Of a DNA stretch of 33,433 nucleotides, positions 1 to 11,452 are shown piece after piece. A program made the position numbers and the translations under genes. Origin of the DNA: Elsinoe ampelina (lineage: Eukaryota); the NCBI GenBank assembly GCA_010093995.1, contig ML992506.1, forward strand, positions 754,551 through 787,983, read 5' to 3'. The notes under the pieces were generated by a model. That model did no database searches and was not told the origin of the DNA. It was given only the letters and a program-made list of their open reading frames with translations. Each line of letters opens with the position of its first letter. The first letter of the stretch is position 1.

Positions 1-1350
1 GACGAGCTCAAGCAGAAGATGGCAAACAGATCCGAAGAGAGCCAGGAAGGCGCCAGACAGACATACACAGCACCCGTCGGCACTCCAGCCTTCAAGCCTG
101 ATGATCGCGACAGCTACTTTGGCGTGTTGGTCGGTCCTCATGTGGGACGAAGCTTGACAGCACAATCAGTGCAGCTTCTGCCGCCGATAGAGCCGGACCA
201 GTCCACCACTCTAAATGCAGCAGGCTGGCTTAGTCGCTCCTGGCTCACTGGACTGGTCATGCCTGGTGAATCAGCTTCTCACCTGCTGATATCGTCCTTG
301 CTGGAGAATTCTTCCAATGCCCTTTCAGCTCTGGGGGATACTGCCAACCTCACTGGTGGCTTCATATATCGCAACCGATCTTACTGGTCCAAGTCATGCG
401 TCGCCGGTCGAGTACTGGCGGCCTTGAGCGGTGTCCATGACTGCATGGGTTGGATATCGGCGCCGCCTCCCAACCAGACCCATGAAGATGGATGGATCAA
501 CATCTCCTCACTTCCCATATCCGCCAACAAACCCCGCATCAAATCCGCTGGGCTCATTGCTTCCTCTTCAACTCCATATCCTGATCCGAAGGCCGAAGTG
601 ATCCAAGAAGCAGATTTCGTATGGCCGACCGACGGACCTCCAGTACTCGGCAACGAAGTCCGGCAACACGTCCTCACATTCGAGTCCTCCCCCACCACAT
701 TCGAGTTGTCCACACCGGTTCCACAAGTCTCTTCCAACGACAGCATCTCGTCCGGCAGCCCCAAGACCATCTCAGCTCTTCCCACTAGCCAAGCCGTCAT
801 CACCTTCACTCCGCCCCGCAACACAAAGTTCGGGAACCTTACCGTCCCTCTCAAGTATGATGTCTATTTCGTCGCCTCCCAACCATGCTTTCCCAAGATG
901 CGAACGCCGCAGTCGACTCCGCGAAAGAGCGTCACCATCGCAGGCGACGAGAAGCGGGAGAAGAAGGACAAAGAGCTCCCTGCACCGCCTTGCCACCCAG
1001 TAATGAAGAAGTACGCTTTCGAAGTCGTACCAGCGCTTGTGCTTCTCGGTGACGACGAGCGGGTCGTGAGATTCGAGAAGCCCGACGGAGACAAAGACTC
1101 CAAAGAAGGTCGAGACAGGCAGGACTCTGGCGCCGGTCGCAGCCCACGGGTCAAGCTTGAGGATCCGGCAAAAGAAGATCGAGTGCTCGTCCTCGACTGC
1201 CGCGGCAGCGGTGACCTTCAACTCCTAGCACGAGCCTGGTGCGCCAAGGTTGGCGAGCACGCCCTCGTCGGCAGAGTCGAGCGGACCTGTCTGGGTTGCT
1301 GCATAAGAGAGGCGCGGGCGCTGGGCATCAACATCGTCATTCGGATCTAA
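1..1350 (+). CDS. 3' part of a conserved fungal hypothetical protein (5' end lies outside the window)
   Basis: Frame 1 is open from base 1 (GAC GAG CTC AAG CAG AAG ATG...) to TAA at 1348-1350. The C-terminus VLVLDCRG...LLARAWCAKVGEHALVGR..RTCLGCCIREARALGINIVIRI and the internal YWSKSCVAGRVLA..CMGWI resemble a widespread Pezizomycotina hypothetical family (recognised from memory). Function unknown. Confidence 0.85.
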   Translation, partial: DELKQKMANRSEESQEGARQTYTAPVGTPAFKPDDRDSYFGVLVGPHVGRSLTAQSVQLLPPIEPDQSTTLNAAGWLSRSWLTGLVMPGESASHLLISSLLENSSNALSALGDTANLTGGFIYRNRSYWSKSCVAGRVLAALSGVHDCMGWISAPPPNQTHEDGWINISSLPISANKPRIKSAGLIASSSTPYPDPKAEVIQEADFVWPTDGPPVLGNEVRQHVLTFESSPTTFELSTPVPQVSSNDSISSGSPKTISALPTSQAVITFTPPRNTKFGNLTVPLKYDVYFVASQPCFPKMRTPQSTPRKSVTIAGDEKREKKDKELPAPPCHPVMKKYAFEVVPALVLLGDDERVVRFEKPDGDKDSKEGRDRQDSGAGRSPRVKLEDPAKEDRVLVLDCRGSGDLQLLARAWCAKVGEHALVGRVERTCLGCCIREARALGINIVIRI

Positions 1351-1574
1351 GGCGCATTTCGACATTATGCATTGGGGAGACTGGACGGCGTTCACGGCAT
1401 CATCCATGGCATCGCACAAAGTGATGTATCCAGCTCGACTTTGCTGCAGAAAAAATTTCCCACGCAGCGACGAAGCCCTGACATGTGCCTCCCAGCCTCA
1501 CCTCAGTAACCTCCCCCTCTCCCCGGGCTGGCCCAAGGTACATAACCATTTCTCCCCCCTCCCTCCCTCAGCGA

Positions 1575-1849
1575 TCGGTCCCATGAATAGCCCAGTCGGC
1601 TGCCGCGTCGCAGTCCGGTTCCGAAAAGCGCTGCCAACCAGAATCTCACAAAGATTTGGTGCAGCACTCCCGCACTCGTAGAGGCTGTCGGTTCGAAACC
1701 CGTCGACGTCGTCCATTTGTCTGGACGGATGACGTTGAGGGGTGGGTTCGAGAAAACCAGATCTGACGTCAAAGCCATCCGACCCCCTGTCTTGCGATTC
1801 AGGGGGGAGTACACACGTTAGGGGAGAGTTGTATTTTTTGGCCATTTTT
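1575..1849 (+). ncRNA. Candidate structured Pol III-type ncRNA or tRNA-derived SINE (unidentified)
   Basis: A-box-like TAGCCCAGTCGG at 1588-1599, B-box-like GGTTCGAAACC at 1690-1700, T6 at 1834-1839 and T5 at 1845-1849. Four hairpins tile 1598-1806. I could not recognise a tRNA cloverleaf or SRP, RNase P/MRP or snRNA motifs. Confidence 0.3.
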
Positions 1850-3772
1850 CTTGCTGGGGGGGAGGGGGGTGAATGGCGAGGGGATGGGAGAGGTTGGCGA
1901 GGGAGGGATGGGCGAGGTTGGCATTAAAGGTTTAAAAGGAAGGGTTTAGGATGGTTTGGCAGGGCATTTGAGGTTCGGGGGACTGGGGGTTTATCTTCTG
2001 TGTATACCTTTTTGTGCCGTCCGATAGAGACGAGGAAATTCATCTTCACTTCTGAGACTACATGCGATGCGAGGGCGGTCACTCCACTTTGCACCCCGGG
2101 GTCACCTGCGCATGGGAAGAGGGCAGACACCACACTTCTTAGAGGTCCGATTGAACACCTTCTGGACCACATTCCCCCAATGTCCTTCGGGATCAGAAAT
2201 CAAGAGCTGTCATTCCGGCTTACATACGTCGATAGCAGCCTGCGATCTCGTCCTGTAGGCTGACTGCCCATGATCGAAAGACACCACTCGACTTGGAAAT
2301 AAAAACGGCAAAATGGACCTCTCACTCCGGCAAGGCTCGGTCATGGGATGATCCCATCGCCTGACAGCCACATGGGAATTTCACCTTGTGTACACTCCCT
2401 CTGTCACATTCAGAGCATAAACAATCACACCCGCCGCAAGTCCCCTCATCCCTTCCACCATCCCCTCTCTCACCAAAGCCAAGACCTTCCCCATCACAGC
2501 AGCCGAATTTCCTCACATCCTTCCCCGCCTAGTCTCACCGTCGAGAGACCCTTTCTCTTGATCCACCCGAGCTTGATCTGGGCGAATCAAACAGTGCTCG
2601 TCACTTGCCTCCCCACCGTCTGCCTCGGGACTTTTTCGACATGTGCCTTGTCGCCTGTCTCACCGTCCTGTATCTGGCCTCGAAGCCGTGACTATGGGTC
2701 TGGATAGGGCGCGGGAGGGAGGGAGGGAGGGAGTTGTGCTTGCATGGTTTGCGTGAGGGTCTGGTTTCCGGGCTGGGTGTGCCTGGAGCGATTGGCATTT
2801 TGGGCAGGTTGGTTGGGATTGGGACAGTGGGGGATTGGGTGGGGTTTGGGCGGTGGTATGAGGTGGATGCGACAGAGGAGGAGATGGAGGAGGCAAGGAT
2901 GGAGTGATGGCGTTGGGAGTACTGGAGGTGGTCTGTATGTAGAGGGGCAATTCGATGGGGTGTGATGGCTGGTGACGATGATGAAGGTCGTCATGCGAGG
3001 TCTGAGGCCATTGAAGGCTTGTAGGTTGGGATGTACTGGGTCGTGATGTGTGCGAGCGAGGAGTGCTAGGTATTAGGAGTCGTCGTTGGTGAGGACGTAC
3101 CTACATACCCGCTTGTGTGTACCTACCTTCGTGTCGTAGCAATGAGGTGCAGGAGATACCAACGTCGTTGGATTCGGTCATGAGAAGAGGTCGCCTTGGC
3201 TCACGGACAGTCAGTTGAAGTAGGCCAGATATGGTCTAGGCCTTCCCCAGAGAATCAAGATAGGCTTCTGTATCGGTTGCGATAGGGTGGAGTTTCCGCA
3301 TCGGGCTAAAGAAAGCGCGCGGGCTTGGCTGCATTAGGGCATCGACGGGAGCGAGGTCGGCGTCGAGTATATTTGACTCGCTCATGAATATAGCACTCAG
3401 CCTGCGAAGTGGAAGTGTTCTCTTGCTTGACAGGAGTGATAAAGAAAAATCGTAGCTCTTTCATAAATCATGTACGTTAAGGCGGTGAGGAGACAAAAGA
3501 ACAAATGGCAGGAACCCAGTAATGACCAATCTTGCCCCCTCTTTCCCATAGTCCTAGCCTGGCTATGCTTCCGGTCGCTCCATGGAGCAGTACCGGTTCC
3601 ACCGCCAGCGCCTTGCACCAAGTCCAAAGTATGCATCATGAATCTTGAAATGGCAAAAAATGTCAAATGCAGAATCGAGGCAAAGAAAACATGCTCGAAC
3701 CAGCTCCGTGATCGGTGACATGGCGGAGGTCTGAGGCTACAAACACGTGTCTGTTGCCCGGACATGATGCCT

Positions 3773-6396
3773 TCATCCGAGGAAGACTATAAAGTTTCAG
3801 TCAACAGAACCTAAAGGATGATGGAATGGCAATGTAGAAAAGGTGCTCACCTTCCCATCCGTGATCGTTCATGACTTGCAACCAGTGCAACCTCCCATTA
3901 ACATTATATTGCGAATTCATCTCGTCACTCCATTCCTTCACTTGTGGCCATGACGGCCTCGACATCATCATCGGGAACAAGCCCTCGTTCATGTCGACAT
4001 CCATGTTAGGCTGGAAGGCGCTCAGTCCCAGTCCGTTCGAACGTGGATCCATCGAATCATTGCGTCCTGGACGATTGTGCCTTGGGAAGCCGATGTCATG
4101 CAGACTGCCTGTTGGAACCAGAGGACGCCGGGGGGCGGCGCTGTATTGATCCCGCCTGGACCACACCTCCTCGGTGATCTCCAAGCACTTGTCAATACTG
4201 CCGATCTGGAGTCGGCGGCCCATACAGAGCCATCTGTCACGCACCCACTGTCGATCCTCGTCGTTCACGGCTTCGCAGCCGGCGGCCATGAGCGGGAAGA
4301 TATGAACAATCAAAGAACGACTCTGAGGAGGCACCGTCGCAAGGAGTTGCAAGATCTTCTTGGCCATCTCGGAAGACTTTGCAGAGGGTATTTCTGGGAC
4401 TGCTTGATGCAAGTATAGCAGGGTTGCCCATTGATAAGCTCTGGCCGTCTGCATGGCGTGAGGTACCGTAATGGTCGGATCTTCTGGTCGCTCGATGAAA
4501 TCTGGCGGATCCCATGCCTCGAGCTGCTCTTTCAGTTCAAGAGCTTGGGTAATCATGGCGGGAGAATTAGAGCTCGAACGACGGACTCGGCGGGCCAGGT
4601 TGGCAGTTCTTCCGATGAGTGGGAAAAGTGTGCTGGCGCAGCCCATGAGCGGGTCGAGCTGTGCGTCAATACCCATGCCCCAATCAATGCCGAATCCCTG
4701 TTGCTGGATGTTGGGGTTACCAAAGCACGAGTAAATCTGCTCGTATTCGTCCGTTTCGTCCACGTCCGAAGAGGTAAGTCGAGCAAGGACGTCCATGTAC
4801 ACCCAGGAATTGCAGAGGAATTTGAGGCGAGAGAGTCGCAACGCATGCAGCGGAGTGCGTTGATGCTCCTCCAACGCCTGGCGAATCATCATCCTGGCAC
4901 CTCTGATATGCATGTTGCCGCTCGTGGTGTGATGTCTCCATCCGTCCGCGAATCCAAGTGCCAGTGATGCCGCCAAACGGGTTTCTCTGCCGATCGAGTC
5001 GTCGCGTAAGCCCTCGTGTAGATTTTGGATTGCCTTGTCATTGTGCTCGCGGCCTGCGAGGCGTAGTCGAGGTTCATGGCGACCGCCGTGGAAGGCAGCA
5101 AGGGCACACACCGAATGCATTACCGCCGGAGATTCCTGGGCCATGGGCCACAGAAGAGTCCTCCAGGGGTTCTCCGTAGGACCGTCCTTGATAGAGAGGA
5201 TACCGCAAGTTGACTGATCGAAATGTAGCGTTATATATTCGATACTGTCGACTGCAAATGACGGCTCTTGAGGCAGGAACGACATCTGGATGTTGTGTGC
5301 CAAGGCGGTAGCACTCCTTGGTGACAAGACCATGGACGATGTGCTGATGGGATTATCAAGGTTGAATGGGTCATCAGGTACTTGCATGGTGAAGTCAATA
5401 TCGTGAGGGACATCTTCGTCAAAGGGACTGGGATTCATGGGCTGGTCGATGAGATCGTCTGGCTGGTCGAGCGTGTTCCACAGATTCGCTGGATTGAGTT
5501 CGGATGGGATGCCCACGGTGGCTGGAATGATGAGATCCTCGGATAACGTCCGTTGAACATTGTCCACCAGAATTCCCTCAGAAGCGCTGATAGGCGGTGT
5601 CGCCAATCCGAACTCATCGCCAGGGGAGGAAAATGACGGCTGGGAAATGATCAGAGCCTGGGGTGGTGAGAGCGATGCAGAGTGCTGTCGAGGTGATCCC
5701 CGAGATGCTAGACCATCATTCCCACCGACCAAATCTTGAACTTCTCGAGGGCTTATAGACGTGTCGGAAGCTGGTGCAGTGGGGAGTACACTTGCTTGTG
5801 CATGATCGGCAACTTCTGAAAGACTCGGAGTGTGTGTCTGGTCCTGGGGTACATCCTTGTGCAACGGCTTTTGCTTCTTAGCTGCGAGCCAGAAGAGTTA
5901 GCGGACTGGCATGTGCGTATGCACAGTGTGCGGGTAATCGTCTGGACGTACGTTGCGCTGCGCCTTTGCTACCGCCGTGTTGGTGGAGGTGAACAGTCAG
6001 GTCTCTGAACTGGAAATTGGTCTTGTAACCAGGACATTGAACATTCCGTCTCTTGCAGTTGTCGCACGTAGGCTTCTTCTCATCGCATTTCAGCCGTTTA
6101 TCCTTGCAGGCTTGACAACCTGTCCGCTTCATCAGTGGCTGTCTGAACGCATTTCGCAGTATATTCGGCTCACCAGTCCTGCTCTTTGTCTGCTTTGGTT
6201 TTGCGACACCATCATTGCCGATCTTTGCAGGTGGCTTTGCTAGCAAACTCCTTCTTCTCGGTGAGACCTTCTTCTTCTTGACCTGGGCAGGGTGAGGTTT
6301 ATCGTCATCGTCCACATCGTCAGTTTTGGAATCTGGCGGAGATGGGGTCGGCTTCAGGAGTTGGGATGGGGAAGGGTAGACGATGGGATCTTCCAT
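3773..6396 (-). CDS. acr-2: Acr-2-like Zn2Cys6 transcription factor with Fungal_trans_2 domain; exons 6396-6174, 6119-5952, 5881-3851, 3786-3773 (~811 aa)
   Basis: Zinc cluster CQACKDKRLKCDEKKPTCDNCKRRNVQC. Introns 6173-6120 (GTGAGC..ACAG), 5951-5882 (GTACGT..GCTAAC..GCAG) and 3850-3787 (GTGAGC..ATAG) join into one frame ending ...HWLQVMNDHGWEVFLG*. Motifs ENPWRTLLWP, DPLMGCASTLFPLIGR and GRLHWL match Acr-2-family proteins. Confidence 0.88.
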
Positions 6397-9300
6397 AAAG
6401 CCATAGACAAAGACTCGGGTATGTGCGCAATCGCACGGGAATTTTTTTCTGAAAGAAGTGAAGATGGAGAGGAACGAAGAGAACAAGATAGCACACGTTG
6501 AGGGCGAGACAAGATAACAGCCAGCGGGCAGAGGGTCCCTTGGTCGTGGCACCCAAGGCGGGGTTGTGTCGTGGTTCACATCTCGCTGTGACCTGATAGG
6601 TCCGTCATCGGCCAGATTGGCTCCTTTCCGCGGTGTGTATCAGTACTTTGGAGCGATAGTTTGAGTCAAACCTGCATAAGGCCGCGATAGCAGCGCTGAG
6701 CGCAAAAATCCACTGGGTAGAACCACGAGTGGACGCGACACAAGCGAGATAAGTTATCAGAGAAATCTATCGCAAGAGAGAAGACAGGACAATGGCTGAT
6801 CTCGGGGTCAGCGGGGATAGCCGCATCGTCGACAGCAAATAGGACTTCTCAGGGCTGTTATCACGGAATGCGGTTCACCCCAAGAAGTGGGTGCCTTGTT
6901 TGGCGCGAGCCGGGTCGGCATCTACGAAGTCGTTGCACTCTATCCCATGTCGACAAACCTTGCCCGCTTCCGAGCCTTTTCAGATCTGCATGGAAGCAGT
7001 ACAGAAGGTCTCGTGAGCTTCTATCGACCGCAGGACAAACTATAGCGAGTCAAGCGGAAGAATGCCGGTCAAGCCATGCGAGGACCGTGGAGACAGCAAG
7101 CCGCCCAGCCGATTGTTCTGCAAAGGGGGAATGGTGAGTGGGATCAGCAGCTGGTGTTGATCAAAGTCTTGATCTGTTGATCAAAACGTGACGCTCATGT
7201 ACGTCCCCGCAGATCATCCTGGCCTTGTTTGTGACTCGAGTTGTACTGGATGTCTGCAGTGTCCGATTTGCGCAGGGATCGCGAGTCTTTCATCCCGGCT
7301 AGACTATGCGACATTGATGATGAGATGGACTGATCTCACTTGGTCTGGACCTCGCAGCTGTCGACTCTCTTCACCCAGTGTTCTCGAACGTGTTGGCGCA
7401 ATGGGGACAAAGGCTTGACAAGTCGGAACTGTCGGCGGCTTGGTGTTGAATATAGTTACACAGATGACTATATGTGTCTTGATCGTGTCTCGGCATCAAA
7501 TCTTGGCCTGTACTCGGCGCTTCTTAACATGGCTACCAGGAAAAGGACAAGTTTTAGTAGAAGGAAAATACACTAATGCATGTCGCTCGAAGTATGACGC
7601 ATGATACGTGGGCTCCGCGGGCACTGCAGGTGTTCAGCTCCTGCAACGATAGAATGGATGGCGAGAGGCAGGTTTGCTCTTCAGTGCATTTCGAGATGTC
7701 GAATCGAAGACAAGTGGATCCCAAGCTCCAGTTGCTAGCTTTGACCTTAGGTAATACTTAGCAAATCTACACAGCACGCAATTTCTGTTCACTTACGCTT
7801 TTCCGGCATGTAGCTTGAAATAACCGTGGCATGAGCAGACGTGTTGCGTCTCACCGCCATGACCATAGCGCCGGCTAAAAGGGATTCTATCAAAAGTAAA
7901 GTCCGATCTGACTGCATCGACTGACCTCTGCCAATCGGAAGAGGAGGCAGCTTCTCAGTGCCGACAAATGACAGTGCACGAGAGCAGGGACGCAAACGCA
8001 TTCATCCGGGCGAAGACCGGCCGATTGTTAACAACCAAGCCAAGAAAGTATCGGTCTAAACATCTGTTAGTGACGCCTTTTGTCAGTGCCCAGACCCACC
8101 GCTTTTTCGATCTTGCCCCTGAGCTGCATTGAGATGATGCTATACGACACGCAGGAATGGTGATGTAACGCTGTACAATGACGGCGGTCATGGCTAGTTC
8201 GCGACATGTCAAATCAGAGACAGGACCCGGTACCGACAGCTTGGATTGGAGACCTGTCCGTAGCTTCCATTGGGCGCCATTGGAAAAGACGCCATGCCCC
8301 TTCTGGTACATTCCCGGCAGTCGTCTGTTGTTTGTTGCAGTAGCTAGACACGGCTGGGAGAACCATTTGCGGATATTTGATGGTCGTGGCGCCATGGCAG
8401 GGATGGGTGATTGGTAATTGATTGTTTTGCGGTAACTTAGTCGCAATATCGGTGCTACGCTGTCCAAACGCGCCGTTGCGATGCGGTTGCGTATTTCACC
8501 CGAACGACATAAAGATGCCGTAAGTTATCCAAACATCGGTATCGAAGGACGTTGAGTTTAAGCACTGGTTGAGCGGACACGACGTTTAGGCCCGAGGATG
8601 CGGGTATTTGAGTTTGTGCATGTTGGCTCGCGAATCTCTTGGTCGTGTCTCTGTATATCCAGAGGAAGCTCTATACAACCGCCATGCCATGCATACAGTA
8701 GGGACGGCACCAAGCGCAGAACGCGTGGCTCCCCGAGACAAGCTTTCTGCAGCACTGATTTCCAGCCGCTGACATAGCTAGGCGAGGGGGTCATTTTGGG
8801 GTGCAGAGCCCTCCGGGCTGGACGTCCAAGAGATCCCTGCGTTGGAAAAAACGTGCAGCCGATACCCGAGCCTCACGCACGTAAGGCAAAGAGCACCAAG
8901 ACGGTCCACTCGGCATCCGTTGAGTCTGAAGGCGCGGAAATGTGACTGTGGCGTCCCCCATCGCGGCCAATTACCAGAACCACAGCGCAGGTTGCGCGGA
9001 GTTGGGGAGTGGGACTGGATGCTGCCAGGTAGAGCTCTAAACACTAGAGACGAGCGAGCTGTCGAGTCAGACATTCCTGGGCCCCCACTATGAAGATCAT
9101 GGATCTTCACTCAGCCTTGGAGCGCACGGTAGGTCTCGTCTAGCGCGAGCTCATAGGAAAGGGAGAAGGCGTAGGCGTTGACGTTTTCTGGCTCCGGACA
9201 CAAGCGTGGCCCTAGAAGCCGTCCGGATATAGCGTGCGTCAAGATGAAGCCAAGTGATCCGATAGTACTTTAGTACTTACTGTAGCTCGGACCAAGAAGC

Positions 9301-10337
9301 TCTGCGAGCCACACCTGAGGCACCAAGAGCCATAGGGCTACCTACATCGACGACTTTGTTCCCCATCGAACGTCATCCGAGCTCTGATAGAGAAAACAGC
9401 ACAGTTCAAACAAATCTGCCCGCCGAGCCCGTACGACTCACTGGGTACGGCCACTAATCCTCTTGAGTGCTCTTAACCTATCGAGCTCCGCTACCGAAGA
9501 CATCCACCTCCCTGCAACTTCTGGGCTCCGCTGCTTGCGATTGCTCCCGATCAAGTCAGCTTCCAGCCATAAAAACAATTGCCCCTCGCGCATCTGAGAG
9601 CTCTTATGACCAAGCCCTTCCTGGCCCTCTCCCGAACCCTTTGGTCCCTTCCTCGCAACGCCCATTGATCGAAACTGTTCTCTTGAAGCTCAGCTGCTTT
9701 CCCTGACGACGATCTTACCGGACCTGCCACGATCAAAAGGCTGGACGGTCTACAGATCTTTCCCTTTAGCTGCCATCTGCCGTTGGCACTTCCACCTCTT
9801 CAACATCCTGTCATAACAATCCTGTCGTTCTCGACCTTTTCAACTTCCCCAGCTTCACTCAGCGACCGACCTCTTTTTTTTTTTGACTCAAGGTTTACGC
9901 CTCGCTTCCGGACTGCCGCACATTCGCCGCGCCACATCTACACTCTGGTCATACCACTAAGTGTGCCCGACCCTGATTGATATACTGGACTGTAATCGCA
10001 AGAACTCACCTCAACGCATTGCCCATACACGCGCAGGACTTACCAGCGCATTCACGAGAACCTGAGAAACCTCGAGATCGACGACTCCGGCCATCTAGCG
10101 AAACAAGTCACGGCCTTTGATGCTCCTCGAGATATTTAAATCACAGACATATTCATGCTGCATCTAGTTGTACACAACAGCGTTGCTGGCCGCGATCCCA
10201 TCTACCCATCTTAAGTCTGCTCAAACCTATACCAACCTTGGCTTCTGGTTCACAGTACAGAGCCAGACAGAAACATATTCTTCGACACCACAAATCTTGG
10301 ACATTCAGCCTCTTGACGCCGAACATCCATGAATAAA

Positions 10338-11452
10338 ATGTCCTCCGTCTCCCCCGAAAACACGGATTCACCCCCGTCCAATGCCTTTGGCCGCAAGAAC
10401 AAGCTCGGCTACACACGAATATCAGTAGCCTGTGGTGAGTCAATCCACTACTTGACATGACTCAGATGCTGAATTAGCGCAGCACATTGTCGTCGACGCA
10501 AGATACGCTGCGTCCTTGCCGAGGGAGACTCAGAGCGCAGATGCGCCAATTGTATAAAGCTCAAGAAGGAATGCATCTTCACCACTGTCGATACGGCCAG
10601 TAATGGAGACCCTCGAGCATCAGGGAAAGCCGGAATGAATTCACAGGCTTCGTCAGTCATGTCGCGCTCTCCGTCTGGAGTAAGTCCCGAGCATCGCGAC
10701 GGGATCAACCCATCTCCTCCTCATCTAGCGGGAGGATATTCCGACGTCCTACCATTGGCAGGAAGAGGATCAGGTAAGAATTCTTTCTAATGGACGTTGA
10801 GACAAGTCTTTTGACATGTATAGGTATGATGATGCATTCCAGTGTGCTCCAACCCGACCATATTGGACTTCAGCGAGCGGGAAACCAGGACTGGCACTCC
10901 CAACATGTTGATCTGCCGCAACCCGGATATGCGAACTCACAAAGTCACTTAAGCTGGTCGCAAACACCTGAACACCTTCGAAATTACAGCCCAGGAGGAT
11001 TTGGTGCTGGTGGACAGCCAATTGCGTACGGCTACATGGATCACGGACGCAGCGATGGAGCGCGCACGAATGCTTGGGCCACGACCGAGTCGACGACAGC
11101 GACGGCTTATCACTCACACATGGCCTCAGCTCCTACCTATCAAGGGCAGCAGTCGACTTCGATCTATCCGGCTTCATACGAGCAACAGACCGCTTCCATG
11201 ACCACACCAGCAGTGGTTCCATCACAATACTATTCCCAGAGACCGGCTCAAGGACACCCAATGGGCGAGTCTGGCTATAATTGGGGAATGTACCAACAAG
11301 ACTCGGGTCTTCCCGGATCACCACGGCATGATTCCATGGCAACAAACTGGTCTAGAGGCCCATCTTATTCCGGTCACAGCTTTACCCTTGGTTATGATCC
11401 GAGGGGAACTCAAGGCAGACATGGAAAGGGGACCACAGAGCCACCTGGATGA
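10338..11452 (+). CDS. Zn2Cys6 (GAL4-like) transcription factor; exons 10338-10434, 10483-10773, 10824-11452 (~338 aa; alternative in-frame ATG at 10329)
   Basis: Splicing introns 10435-10482 (GTGAGT..GCAG) and 10774-10823 (GTAAGA..TTGAC..ATAG) gives MSSVSPEN...KNKLGYTRISVACAHCRRRKIRCVLAEGDSERRCANCIKLKKECIF, a complete C-x2-C-x6-C-x10-C-x2-C-x6-C cluster. This runs in frame into the S/Q/Y-rich ORF 10790-11452. Confidence 0.9.

Noticed and set aside
1581..1715. tRNA gene suggested by D-loop-like TAGCCCAGTCGG and T-loop-like GGTTCGAAACC
   Set aside because: No acceptor stem (CCATGAA has no complement after the T-loop) and the T-stem pairs at only 2 bp. Kept only as a Pol III-like candidate.
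1498..1845. Minus-strand 115-aa ORF MAKKYNSPL... with a possible 54-nt GTGTGT..CAG intron
   Set aside because: No recognisable homology and a weak donor site. It cannot be excluded and is the main alternative to the ncRNA reading.
1940..1952. Telomere-like AGGGTTTAGG as a possible telomerase RNA template
   Set aside because: A single short match in G-rich sequence, not the TTAGGG register, with no pseudoknot or CR4/5 seen.
2430..2640. RNase MRP/P-like words on the - strand (GAAAAAGTCCCG, GGAAATTCGG, GGGGACTT)
   Set aside because: The bulged-U P4 pairing and the CR-IV/CR-V context are missing, so this is probably chance.
6397..6579. ORF-track N-terminal extension of the Zn2Cys6 ORF from a GTG at 6579
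   Set aside because: Non-ATG start in a CT-rich leader. The first in-frame ATG is 6396.
6868..10300. Many 60-170 aa ORFs and scattered CGG..CCG triplets between the two TF genes
   Set aside because: No motifs, coding pattern or consistent splice models. CGG pairs are expected by chance at this GC content.
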